32,383 bases of DNA, taken from positions 1 through 32,383 of the forward strand of contig NW_021832789.1 in NCBI RefSeq assembly GCF_006345805.1. Direction: 5' to 3'. The stretch comes from Octopus sinensis (lineage: Eukaryota). The notes beneath the pieces were generated by a model. It worked only from the letters and a program-made list of their open reading frames with translations. It was not told where the DNA came from and did not search any database. Shown here in pieces: positions 21,562 through 32,383 of this stretch. Positions within the stretch are counted from its first letter, which is position 1; each line of letters starts with the position of its first letter. Both the position numbers and the translations under genes were made by a program.

Positions 21562-21950
21562 TCAAAGGTATGTACCATCATAGAGGTCACCTGCCCTGCA
21601 GATATAAATAAATTTTGAAAATCAAAGAAAAAGAGGATATATATGGACAACTAATTCGAAACCTCCAGCTTCTATATCCGGCCTGCGAATTCATATTCAT
21701 ACCAATGATAATTGCAGCACTAGGTTTTGTTAGTAAATGCTTAAAGGAGAATGTGGATAAACTGCAAATTTCAGAAAGAGAAATTGACCGGATGATTCGT
21801 ACATTACAAATCCAATCTGTGAGTGAAATAATAAGAATATGCAAGACATTTATTAAGTCCCAAATCTGAATTAGTCCGAAAGATGGAGCTTTGTATCTTT
21901 GTTGGAAACCGGCTCCCTCCTCAGTGGAAAATTTATAATAATTGAAAAAT
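21562..21950 (+). mobile_element. 3' fragment of an R4/Dong-like element (restriction-like endonuclease + 3' UTR)
   Basis: SKVCTIIEVTCPADIN, frameshift, then KIKEKEDIYGQLIRNLQLLYPACEFIFIPMIIAALG...QSVSEIIRICKTFIKSQI* (stop 21867-21869). Homologous to the ~8850-9142 end of the element above. The 3' UTR has a GGAGC/GCTCC stem (21885-21916). Confidence 0.88.
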
Positions 21951-21959
21951 AGAAGAAAT

Positions 21960-22046
21960 ATACATACACACATACATATATATATACAAACATACATACA
22001 TACATACGTACGTACATACATACGTACATACATACAAAATGCATAC

Positions 22047-22081
<35 letters not shown>

Positions 22082-22205
22082 GATATATATATATATATAT
22101 ATATATATCTATATATATATATACATACATACTTCATACATACATACATACACATACATACATCATACATACATACATACCTACATACATACATACATAC
22201 ATACA
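21960..22205. repeat. (CATA)n/(TA)n field
   Basis: Directly visible. Confidence 0.93.
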
Positions 22206-22785
22206 CGAGCAGTATAAGTTATGCAGAGAATTATGCGGCTATCACAGTAAGCTCTGCGAACGAACTCGGCTATCTGTAGTAATGAATTACAATGTAATGT
22301 GCTGTAAAATATCAATGTAACTGAAAAGCAAAAAAAAAAATACTTGTGATAAAATTATTCTCTAAGGAGTACATAAAACCAGGAGGTTTCACTGTTCAAT
22401 GTATATTTATATATTTAACCCAGTGACTACCATGATATTCTGGGTGGTTTCCTAAAGGTCTTCATATAGCATTAATTTCAGCATGAAGCAAATTAGGCGT
22501 ACTTGTTTGCATTAATAGGGTGGAGTCAATTACTCTAATGGCAGGTTAGTTTACATTTAGTGCATATTCGCATTTATATTTATATTTATGTTAATATCTA
22601 CATGTTTATATATATATATATATATAACATTACAAATCTACATGTGTTTACAAATATATATCTACATTTAAGTGCTATATAATATATGCATATGAATATA
22701 TAAATATACACATGTATGTCTGTATATACTTGTATGTGTGTGTGTGTGTGTGTATTTGAGTGGGTGTGTGCCTGCGTGCGTATGC

Positions 22786-23208
22786 TCTTTACTCTTTTGT
22801 TTCAGTCATTTGACTGAGGCCAAGCTGGAGCACCGCCTTTAGTCGAGCAAATCGACCCCAGGACTTATACTTTGTAAGCCTAGTACTTGTTCTATCGGAA
22901 TCTTTTACCGAACCGCTAAGTTACGTGGACGTAAACATACCATCATCGGTTGTCAAACGATGTTGTGTGTGCGTGAGAATCACAGACACACAAAACATAC
23001 ACACACACACATATATATATATACATATATGTATATATATATATACGACGGGCTCCTTTCAGTTTCCGTCTACCAAATCCACTCACAAGGCTTTGGTCGG
23101 CCCGAGGCTATAGTAGAAGACACTTGTCCAAGCTGCCACGCAGTGGGACAGAACCCGGAACCATGTGGTTCGTAAGTAAGCTACTTACCACACAGCTACT
23201 CCTACACC
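22786..23208 (-). mobile_element. SINE family C, near full length, internal (CA)n(TA)n
   Basis: GTTTCAGTCATTTGACTGAGGCCAAGCTGGAGCACC..ACGACGGGCTCCTTTCAGTTTCCGTCTACC..GAAGACACTTGTCCAAG..CTTACCACACAGC. Confidence 0.88.
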
Positions 23209-23231
23209 TATTCAATATGATAGATATATAT

Positions 23232-23535
23232 GTGCATGACTTAGTGGTTAGAACGTCATGCTCACAACCATAAGACAGTCCGCCCGATTCTCGTATCGGG
23301 CTGAGTGCTGTATTTTCGAGCAAGACACTTTATTTCATGTTGCTCCAGTTCACTCAGCTGTAGAAATGATTCGCGATGTCACTAGTGCCAAACTGTATCG
23401 TCCTTTGCCTTTCCCTTGGATAACCTCAGTGGTGTGAAAAGGGGAGGTCAATATGCATAAGCGACTGCAGGTCTTCTATTAACAACCTTGCCTGGATTGT
23501 AGCTTGCGGGTGAAATTTCTTGGTGCAATCCTATT
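23232..23535 (+). mobile_element. SINE family B
   Basis: Head GACTTAGTGGTTAG, centre GAGCAAGACACTTTATTTCATGTTGCTCCAGTTCACTCAGCTG; matches 7286-7565. Confidence 0.85.
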
Positions 23536-23554
23536 CTCATTCATATATTCGTTT

Positions 23555-23937
23555 ATTGTTTTACTTCGTTATTTGACTGCTGTAATGCTGGAGCACCGCT
23601 TTTTGCTGGAAAAATCGACCCCACGACTTATTCTCTCGGTCTTTGGCCGAACCGCTAGGTTAAGGGGACGTAAGCATACCATCATTGTTTGTCAAGCGAT
23701 GGTTGGGAGGGACAAACACAGATACACAAACATATACATATATATACATACACACACACACAGACATATATATATATATATATTTATACGACGGTCGTCT
23801 TTCAGTTTCCGCCTACCAAATCCACTCACAAGGCTTTAGTCGGCCCGAGGCCATGGAAGAAGACACTAGCCCAACATGCAGTGAGACTTGACCCAAGCCA
23901 TGCGCTTGGAAAGCAAGCTTCTTACCACACAGCCAAG
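23555..23937 (-). mobile_element. SINE family C, near full length
   Basis: Colinear with 22786-23208 in the same orientation. Confidence 0.88.
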
Positions 23938-24394
23938 TCTATATATATATATATATATATATATACAAATACAGTCTAATACTCATTAAGCAATTAATAC
24001 TAAAAACCTTAAAATTAATTAACATACACAATGCTAGTACAAGCCATAAATACTGGAATCAAAAATAAGAAATGATTCAAATATAGACACACCCATTATA
24101 TAAACTAACTATATAATTTATATATATGTAGTATCTATAGATTTAATATATCACTCAATAATATAGTTGATCAAAATATCAATTATTATAAAAACTAATT
24201 TACGTAAATGTAATACTACTTGATAAATATGCCACCTAATTATTAAATAATGTATAGTCTAACAAAACTAATACTCAAATTAAATTATATGTAATACGTT
24301 AAATCCCTTTATAAAAATAAATAGATATCATAACTAATAACGATCGTAACTAATAAATATCAAGAAACTATAAGTAAAAATAATAATATTTCAA

Positions 24395-24488
24395 CAACAA
24401 CGACAATAATAATAATAATAATAATAATAATAAACAACACAACAACACAACAACACAACAATACTAATAATAATAATAATAATAATAC

Positions 24489-24531
<43 letters not shown>

Positions 24532-24648
24532 GTGAGTTTAGTTTAATGGCCTACCAATGTATACTATGAGTTTCTTTGCCCTAGGAGTCGGGAAGACACT
24601 CGGCAAGAAATGGAAGCAAATTTGAAAGAAGAAGAAGAAAAAATAATG

Positions 24649-24700
<52 letters not shown>

Positions 24701-24710
24701 TTATTATAAT
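24395..24710. repeat. (AAT)n/(AAC) arrays (24395-24530, 24645-24710)
   Basis: Directly visible. Confidence 0.93.
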
Positions 24711-24729
24711 ATCAGACCCAAAACGATTC

Positions 24730-25300
24730 AAAATCCAAATTACATAGATAATCAATAAAACGTTACTTAGCTTGTCGAAGGAAAAAATATAACTGAATTT
24801 TAAACGTAAAAAATAGTTCTTAGCGTTTATAAAATTTTACGCGTGAAGACTTTGTGTAAATAAATAGAATAAATTATCTATGAAAATGGCGAAAATTATC
24901 AATGAAAAATACGAAAAAACATCATAGCCTCATGAACTAAGGAAAGGTGAGAAAAAATACAATATATAAACAATCTAGAATGAAGACACCCAACTACAAC
25001 TAACAGCCCACTATTAATAATTCAATAACAATAACAACAACAACTATTAATTCCAATACAATACAAAATCCAAACAATATTGATAAACAAACAACGTTAC
25101 TTAGCTTGTTGAGAATATAATATAACTGGATTTTACGCGTAAAAGCATAGTTCTTAGTGTTTATAAGAAATTAAACTCGTGGAGAAATTGTGTAAACAAA
25201 TAAAATATATCATCAATGAAAGTGCCGAAAACTATTTATTAATGAAAAATACAAAAAATATTTAAGCTTCATGACTCAAAGAAAATTAATAAAAATAGGA
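24730..25300 (+). repeat. Diverged tandem duplication (~24730-24960 versus ~25065-25300)
   Basis: Shared blocks in the same order at ~330-345 bp offset: AAAATCCAAA, AACGTTACTTAGCTTGT, ATATAACTG, ATAGTTCTTAG, TTGTGTAAA, AATGAAAAATAC, CTCATGA/TTCATGA. Confidence 0.8.
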
Positions 25301-26078
25301 TAACAAGTATTGCTTGTTCATCAATACTACCCGAACCCTACATCACACTGTACCCGACTACTATTATTATTAACATCAGTGCTACTAACCCAATCTACGA
25401 CGAACCGCCAAATGTATTCACAGCCGACTACCCCCTACCACACCATCCCTCCCACCTCTCTCTAACTCATGAAGCCCAAACTCATCTTACACTCCCCATC
25501 AACAAATAGTTTTCGACATTTTGTTTAAAATATTAATATAACGTTTAATAATATAGTAAATTATACTCAAATACTATTAAATAATTTCTACAATAAATAA
25601 GTAACAAGACGAAATAAGGTTTAATACATACTAAAAGATAAATTAAATGTAATATATAATTATTATAGCAGTTAATTTTAAATGACTATTTACTATAAAT
25701 TTAAGGTCTAAATAATAAATAAGTAAACCAAATATATATATATTATGTTTAAATGAATTTATATTACTATAACAAATATATCTTTAAAATTAATATAATT
25801 ATTTATTTATTAGCTAAATCTATTATATAGGTACTTTAATTTATGTTTACATTTAATTTTACGTTCCTCCCATGAGTTTACTAACGCATAATTGTTATTG
25901 AATAATATTTCTTTAAATTCGTTATTACATAGTGAACAATAATTAATCTCTATAGAATATGATTTAGCCCTTCAAATAATCTCCCAATTTAATTTATAAT
26001 TAATGGATCTAGATTTAAGAATTTTTTAAAAGATTATTTACGTATATTTATTAAATATTTTATCATTGTAGTTATTTT

Positions 26079-26176
26079 TAACCTGATGAGTGGCTATATT
26101 TATATTGAAGCGATTTTACTACTACTACTAATAGTATAATCATTTCTTAAATATCGCCACGAAACACGTGTCTTTA
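26079..26176 (+). ncRNA. Type I hammerhead ribozyme motif with long helix II
   Basis: CUGAUGA at 26083-26089. Helix II: GTGGC/GCCAC (26090-94/26156-60), extended by ATATTTA/TAAATAT, GAAG/TTTC, GATT/AATC and TACTA/TAGTA. GAAA at 26161-64, palindromic helix III ACACGTGT at 26164-71, cleavage triplet GUC (C=26172). Helix I is weak (TAA/TTA). Confidence 0.8.
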
Positions 26177-26314
26177 TTCTACCAAATATATACGTTTTAT
26201 TTATTATTTTGCACATTACTTAATCATTGGTATATTTTTTACATTTGATATTTCTATTATATGTAATTTTCTAGATGTAATTTAATTTTTCATTTTGAAT
26301 TGATAAAAGGTGTT

Positions 26315-26337
26315 TTTTCTATATATACATATATGTA

Positions 26338-26388
<51 letters not shown>

Positions 26389-26415
26389 TATATATATATA
26401 AACATACATACACAC
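26315..26415. repeat. (TA)n/(CA)n array
   Basis: Directly visible. Confidence 0.93.
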
Positions 26416-26454
26416 ACTCAAGCACGCATATACAGATATTGTCAAGAGTTGAAC

Positions 26455-26605
26455 AGAAGTGCAGTAAGATGCTTGCTCCCAACCATATGATCTTGCATTA
26501 AGGCCTACTGCGCAGACTCTTGGGCAAGTGGCTTCCAGTATAACCCTGGCACACGAAAACATTGCGAGTAGATTTGTTGGCCGAAAATCGAAAGAAGACC
26601 GTCGT
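26455..26605 (+). mobile_element. SINE family C, 5' fragment, diverged
   Basis: GTAAGATGCTTGCTCCCAACCATATG..CTTGGGCAAGTGGCTTCCAGTATAACC..GAAAATCGAAAGAAGACCGTCG. Confidence 0.65.
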
Positions 26606-26670
26606 TATAAATTTTAACGCCAACCAAGTGTGTTGAGTGCCAGTTTTTTTGCTGTCGATTCATTCATCCG

Positions 26671-26671
<1 letters not shown>

Positions 26672-26751
<80 letters not shown>

Positions 26752-26790
26752 GTATGTCTGTCTGTCTATCTATCCATCTATCTATATCTA
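26672..26790. repeat. (CTAT)n array
   Basis: Directly visible. Confidence 0.95.
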
Positions 26791-26931
26791 TCTGCATGTC
26801 TGTCTATCTCTCATTCCCTCTCTCGCTCTCGCCGTATATATAGTGAGAACTTACAAAAATAAAACAAATGTCGCGAAGACGGGTGTGTAAAGAACAAACA
26901 GATATATTGGTTTCTCGGTCATTGAGAAAGT

Positions 26932-26967
26932 CTTTTACGTTTCGAGTCTACGCTCTTCGACAGAAAG
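26932..26967 (-). ncRNA. Minimal hammerhead-like motif with non-canonical core (CUGUCGA)
   Basis: Minus strand: CTTT-CTGTCGA-A-GAG-cgtaga-CTC-GAAA-CG-TA-AAAG. Helix I is CTTT/AAAG, helix II is GAG/CTC, and helix III is the palindrome ACGT. A6 is replaced by U. Confidence 0.5.
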
Positions 26968-27111
26968 GAACACAGAAATAAACAGAGAGAGAGAGAGAGA
27001 GAGAGAATAGAATATATAAAATATAAAATATAAAATAGTACTTTATATATATGATATAATTATACTAGTGAGTCCATTTGCTCTAATTTAATTAAATTCT
27101 ATGTCTTTGGG

Positions 27112-27196
27112 GCAGCTGAAGATTGCTCTGCATTTTAAATTGATGTAATGATTGCATTGTTCAATTAAATGGAGTTACATGAAACGATCGTACTGC
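27112..27196 (+). ncRNA. Type I hammerhead ribozyme motif, helix II base degenerate
   Basis: Helix I GCAG/CTGC (27112-15/27193-96) is perfect. CUGAAGA at 27116-22. Inner helix II pairs GCTC/GAGT, CATTT/AAATG, AATTGA/TCAATT. GAAA at 27181-84, palindromic helix III ACGATCGT at 27184-91, cleavage triplet GUA (A=27192). Confidence 0.7.
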
Positions 27197-27226
27197 ATTA
27201 CCTCTGGATATCCTTGTTGCTTATTT

Positions 27227-27261
<35 letters not shown>

Positions 27262-27654
27262 TAGTGTCTTTTGTGTTCGTGTTTGCTACCGCGAACTGCT
27301 TGACAAGTGGGGCCGATTTGTTTGCCGAAAAACTCCAGTGTAGTGCTGCAGCATTCCCGTAATCCAGAGACTGCAACAAGTAAAAGGTGGAAAGATATGT
27401 CATGTATTTCGTGAAATATCTTATAATTGATATTACCCACAGATAATCAGTTCCTCGCATATTTACTTCAAATTTAGAAACGAATAATTTCTTTATTTTC
27501 AGAAAAAAGCTATTAATGAAATATACTCAAATAATCTAGCAGCAAAACTAAGATATTAATTCTTAAAAAGGAAGTTAAACCTACAGTACTGGAATTCCTT
27601 AAAAGAAAAAAAGGCTTTGAAGTAGAATCAAAATTTAAAGCAATTTAGACACTA

Positions 27655-27843
27655 ATATTCTTTTCTACTCTAGGCCTTTCACCCGAAATTTTGGAGGAGG
27701 GGGCTAGTCAATTGGATCGACCCAGTATGCAACTGGTACTTAATTTATCGATCCCGAAATAATGAAAGCAGAGTTTGACCACGGCGGTATTTGAATTCAG
27801 AACGTAAAGACAGACGAAATACCGCTATGCATTTCGCCCGCCT
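27655..27843 (-). mobile_element. SINE family A
   Basis: Reverse complement of the family A body (GGTACTTAATTTATCGATCCCG..GGCGGTATTTGAATTCAGAACGTAAAGACAGACGAAATACCGC). Confidence 0.85.
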
Positions 27844-27878
27844 CAATTTAGATACTAATAGTGGTAAACGCAAAAGTT

Positions 27879-28090
27879 GGTGAGCTGGCAGAATCATTAA
27901 CACACCGGGCAAAATGCTTAGCGGCATTTCGTCCGTCTTCACGTTCTGTGTTCAAATTCCACCGGGGTCGATTTTGCCTTTGATCCTGTCGGGGTCAATA
28001 AACTAAGCACCAGTGGAACACTAAGGTCAATGTAATTGACTTATCCCATTTCCCAAAATTGCTGGCTTTGTGCCAAAATTTGAAATCAAT
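27879..28090 (+). mobile_element. SINE family A
   Basis: GGTGAGCTGGCAGAATCATTAAC..GTTCAAATTCCACCGGGGTCGATTTTGCC. Confidence 0.88.
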
Positions 28091-28164
28091 ATTTGTAAAC
28101 GCATGTTATCGTCAGATCATCACGTGTTCTTTCGCGGCTCTGGTAAAAGCAACGAGGCTCTTTT

Positions 28165-28200
28165 TACGAGGGGATTCAGAAAGTAATGCATCCTCGTATT
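28165..28200 (+). mobile_element. Possible mariner-type terminal inverted repeat remnant
   Basis: TACGAGGGATTCAGAAAGTAATGCATCC resembles mariner termini (TACGAGGG..AAAGTAATGC). No partner TIR found. Confidence 0.4.
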
Positions 28201-28571
28201 TATAGTTTTATACATAAGAAACAATGCAAAGTCTGCGCGTTCCTTAAGCCTAAACATGTTATAGTCTCCCCACCCCCATTTTGTTTAAATGTGCATACAA
28301 CAGTCGTCAATTTATTATCTATGCTTTTTCCGAGTAATCTTAAATGTTATAAAGCTTGTAATAGAAGTTCGATTTAATGAAATAATACATATATATGATG
28401 CACTTAAGTAAACACCTAGGTGCAAAACAAGGTGTAGAAAGTATAACCAAAGATAGAGTAAGATGCTATTTTATTTAAGTCGAAAAGTTTTATATGCTTG
28501 TATGCTGGATATATAATTTACGAAGCAGGATGGAAGAAAGTAAATCCACGCTCATTACTGTTACACGAACG

Positions 28572-28644
28572 GCTCACAGCGAACTGCTACGAACCCGAAC
28601 TGCCAATCGCTCACAGTGAACTGCTACCAACCCGAACCGCCAAT
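28572..28644 (+). repeat. 37-bp-period tandem repeat, 2 copies
   Basis: GCTCACAGCGAACTGCTACGAACCCGAACTGCCAAT and GCTCACAGTGAACTGCTACCAACCCGAACCGCCAAT, 3 mismatches. Confidence 0.9.
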
Positions 28645-30550
28645 ATGTCACAGTTCTTTGTTTTATAACACTAAAGCAGTCCACCTTTAGCCCCTTGGTG
28701 AGGCGAGGTCGAAATCCTTCCATAGCAAAAAAGGAAAAGCAAAATTCGTCACAGAAGGTTTCTCAGAATTTCACTTAAGTGTTCATAAGAGAGTTAGGAT
28801 CATTATGATTAACACACTATAGTCACCTATTATTTCTATTATCTTTCAGTGATAGTCAATGACCTTTTATCCAGCTGTATAGCGTTATTTTGAGAAGTAG
28901 TTACCCAATCAGTTTCAACTGTTTATTCACGGAATTGGTATCCAGGAACACTTATAAATACTCATATTTATGAATTATTGTATGAATTTTAATTGTCACA
29001 AGTTTTGAATGGTCGATTGCGTGAAACGCTGAGTAATACTTTGTGAAGATTTATCAGGGTCAATAAAATAGTAAACAGATATTTATAAACATATTTGTAC
29101 GTAAACAGGCACACACTCACACAAAAGTACGTATGCATGTATAAAAATGACAACATCTGAGTCATTAGAAAATTAGTCAGATTGCCCTGTATGGCTCTCT
29201 TCTCTCTGATTTGTTATCTATCCTAGATAATATTTGCCTTGCATTCTTTATAGGTCGGCAAATAAAGTACCACTCCAGGTTCCTTTGACTGGTGCAATAG
29301 TGCGTTGAGCAAGGTGCCTTTGATTACCTGCTTTAGCTATTGTGTGCAGCGTACGAGATCCCCCTGGGGCCAAGGTAGTATCTCACCCAACGGGACAACG
29401 GGCAACGAAGATAGGTGGATTTTCAGTCGGCCTAGACTAACTGGCCAATTCATAATAAAGATTTCATCTAATTGCCGAAGCGACAACTATTCTTGTAAAA
29501 ATTTTGTAAGCGCCAATATTCAATTAAATTCCAGAAAATTTCGAGAACACAAATATAGTCTCGTTACTACAAACGATTGACTCTATCACGGCAATTACCT
29601 TTTAAAAGGTATGATACGTTGCGCCAAAGTGTAGCCAGACAACAAATGTATCCCCAGGAATTATAGTGATTTTACAGAGAATTGCATGAAAAATCCAGGA
29701 AAACACTTCTACATGTCTTTTCTAGCACCATTGGCTTTTTAAAGAAACTTGCGGTTATTTAACACACACTGCTTGGTATCGACCACCCCTATCCATATGG
29801 CCATATCACTTTTCCATTAAGTTTATGCTGCAAACACTGCTTAAGAGAAAAAATATTTTATATTATTTTCAAACGGAGTAAACGAGAAACAGATATATTT
29901 GGTCATTGGCAGACACTGCGAAGTACTTGCTAAGAAATTATGCACCACCTAAAACCTGATTAAAGCAATAATATATATTTCATAGGGGTGAAAATTCAGT
30001 AAGTTTAAAATACTGACTTTTATTGACAGTTAGAGACAGTTATTGCTACCAATTAAAAAGACAAAGAAAAAAAATAGACATGAAAAGCCACACATATTAC
30101 AGCGAATTATTTTACTGCTAGTGATAACAATTTGACAATATTGTACTTTTTTGTGAACAGTAAATATTCTTTCATACAAATATGAACACGCACACACTCC
30201 TATACACAAACACACACCTACACAGAAACTCACATACCTACACACATACACACACCTACACAGAAACACATACTTACACACATACACACACACTCACACA
30301 TATGACAGTATTAAAGGTTATATCACTGACCCTATTTTGAAAAGAAGTTTATATAATTATCTCACAAAATCTCATCCGATCAGCTTTGGTTATGAAGTAC
30401 AATTTTGCAATATACACGTTAAACATCAACTTTGAAAATCCACCATCCATAACGGTCCATAGATCGGCAAAGACAAAAAGTTCAGAGTGAAGATATAAGA
30501 TTTCTTCTCCAAATAAACAAATCTCTCTCTACGTACACACAAACGCGCGC

Positions 30551-30585
<35 letters not shown>

Positions 30586-30764
30586 GTTGGGAAAGAAAGA
30601 CATTAAAAGAAAGTGAGAGACGGTGCATGAAAATGTGATGGGACATTTGTCAAAGCATATGAATTATTAGTAAAAGTAATATACAAACACATACGTATAC
30701 GTACATATAGGCATACATACGTACGTACACACACACACATGTATGTATATATAGAGAGGGGGAG

Positions 30765-30837
<73 letters not shown>

Positions 30838-30838
30838 C
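30765..30838. repeat. (GATA)n array
   Basis: Directly visible. Confidence 0.95.
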
Positions 30839-31164
30839 AGATATGAACGCCGGGTTTAAATATTAGCGAATGTAAGCGTATTCGCCAGGTTGTCTCAGAA
30901 GAAGAAAACTTATTTTAATGTCCTATATTCGGGGAGAGAAGAGCAAACTTCACAAGTTAAAAACTACAAAGTTTATTTGTATATAAGCCATAGACCTCAA
31001 ATAAATCCAGTATATATATGCACACACACACATATATATATATGTATATATATGTTTATACATATGTCCTTATGTGTGTCTGTGTGTCTACATACAATAT
31101 ATATACACACATGCATAAACATACATATACGTGATGTAATTGTGTGTCTGTCTGTCAATCTATC

Positions 31165-31165
31165 A

Positions 31166-31246
<81 letters not shown>

Positions 31247-31274
31247 CTTACCTACCTACCTATCTACTACTACC

Positions 31275-31350
<76 letters not shown>
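31165..31350. repeat. (CTAT)n-(CTAC)n-(CATA)n-(TA)n compound array
   Basis: Directly visible. Confidence 0.95.
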
Positions 31351-31351
<1 letters not shown>

Positions 31352-31354
31352 TCT

Positions 31355-31670
31355 GAGACCCCCTTCGGTCACGACACTGGCAATGGGATTGCACCTAGAA
31401 AGTTACCCTCCGAGGTACAAGTCTGGGCAAGGATGTTTATGGAAGACCAGCAGTCGCCCATGCATACCTGCCTCCCCTCTACACGCCACCAGTGTTATCC
31501 AAGGGAAAGGCAAGAGCCGATGCAGCTTGGCACCTGTGACGTCGCAACTCATTTCTGGAGCAACGTGAACTGGAGCAACGTGAAATAAAGTGTCTTGCTC
31601 AGGAACACAACAAGCATCTCGGTCTGGGATTCGTGCTCACAACCTCATGATCTTAAGCTATATATCCTAC
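31355..31670 (-). mobile_element. SINE family B
   Basis: Inverted copy of 7286-7565; the translated ORFs of both share MEDQQSPMHT and PMQLGTCDVA. Confidence 0.88.
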
Positions 31671-31786
31671 TTTCTACTCCTTTTGTATTTGAATATGTAT
31701 ATAAAATTTTCCGCGCTCGCACACTAATGCACATAATTAAATATACATACACAGATACGTAAAGATCTATATATTTTACACACCCG

Positions 31787-31851
31787 ATGTATATATTGAT
31801 ATATAAATTATATATATATATAGATATATATATATATATTATATATAGATA

Positions 31852-31947
<96 letters not shown>

Positions 31948-31965
31948 ATATATATATTATATAAT
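31787..31965. repeat. (TA)n field
   Basis: Directly visible. Confidence 0.95.
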
Positions 31966-32383
31966 AATACCATTCTAGTATAGCATGATTTGACAGTGAT
32001 TTAGCCTCAATTTCAGACGTCAAATTGCATAACGCTAGACACACTGACTGATAGATACATATGTATGTATATATGTATATATGTATGTTTGATGTTTTTC
32101 TGTGAGTTTTCTTTAAGTCCTGTCTCAAGAAGAACTTAATAAAGGCTCCAAAGTATCGTACATACATACATACACACATGCATAAACGTAGATATATATA
32201 AATATATAAATATATAAAAATATTTATTTGTGTGTCTGTGTGTAGGTTTGTGTATAAAAGTCAATGCATTTATATGGGAACGTAGAGGCACAGACAGATA
32301 AATAGTGAGATACAAAAATAGAAATGAAAAATATGAAATAAAGAGATACAGAGAGGTATATAAAGCCCAAGTGAAAAATTGGG

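Noticed and set aside
21885-21925. Minus-strand CTGAGGA followed by a GGAGC/GCTCC stem
   Set aside because: No GAAA after the stem; better explained as a LINE 3'-UTR hairpin.
28572-28644. 37-bp repeats as a CRISPR array
   Set aside because: Only two adjacent units with no spacers, in eukaryotic DNA with no cas genes.

Overview
AT-rich, microsatellite-saturated eukaryotic DNA with no recognisable host gene. The mix of SINE families and (TA)n/(CTAT)n/(CATA)n/(AAT)n arrays suggests a cephalopod, probably Octopus (inference from pattern recall, not a search). Almost all long ORFs in the track are microsatellite read-throughs. Real content: (1) a degraded Tc1 transposase 3' end and a mariner MITE; (2) an almost complete but decayed R4/Dong-like non-LTR element (RT, CCHC region, restriction-like endonuclease) at ~5480-9142 (+), split by three insertions, plus two other 3' fragments of similar elements; (3) a decayed RTE-clade LINE (APE + RT) at ~9573-12542 (-); (4) about 17 tRNA-type SINE copies in four families, several with clear target-site duplications; (5) a ~98.6% identical 293-bp inverted repeat (12543-12835 / 14079-14371). 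The most notable signal is a set of hammerhead-ribozyme motifs of the Penelope/retrozyme type-I kind: three have a canonical core, an 8-nt palindromic helix III and an unusually long helix II (2453-2538 -, 26079-26176 +, 27112-27196 +), and one is a minimal variant with a non-canonical core (26932-26967 -). All alignments and folds were done by eye.
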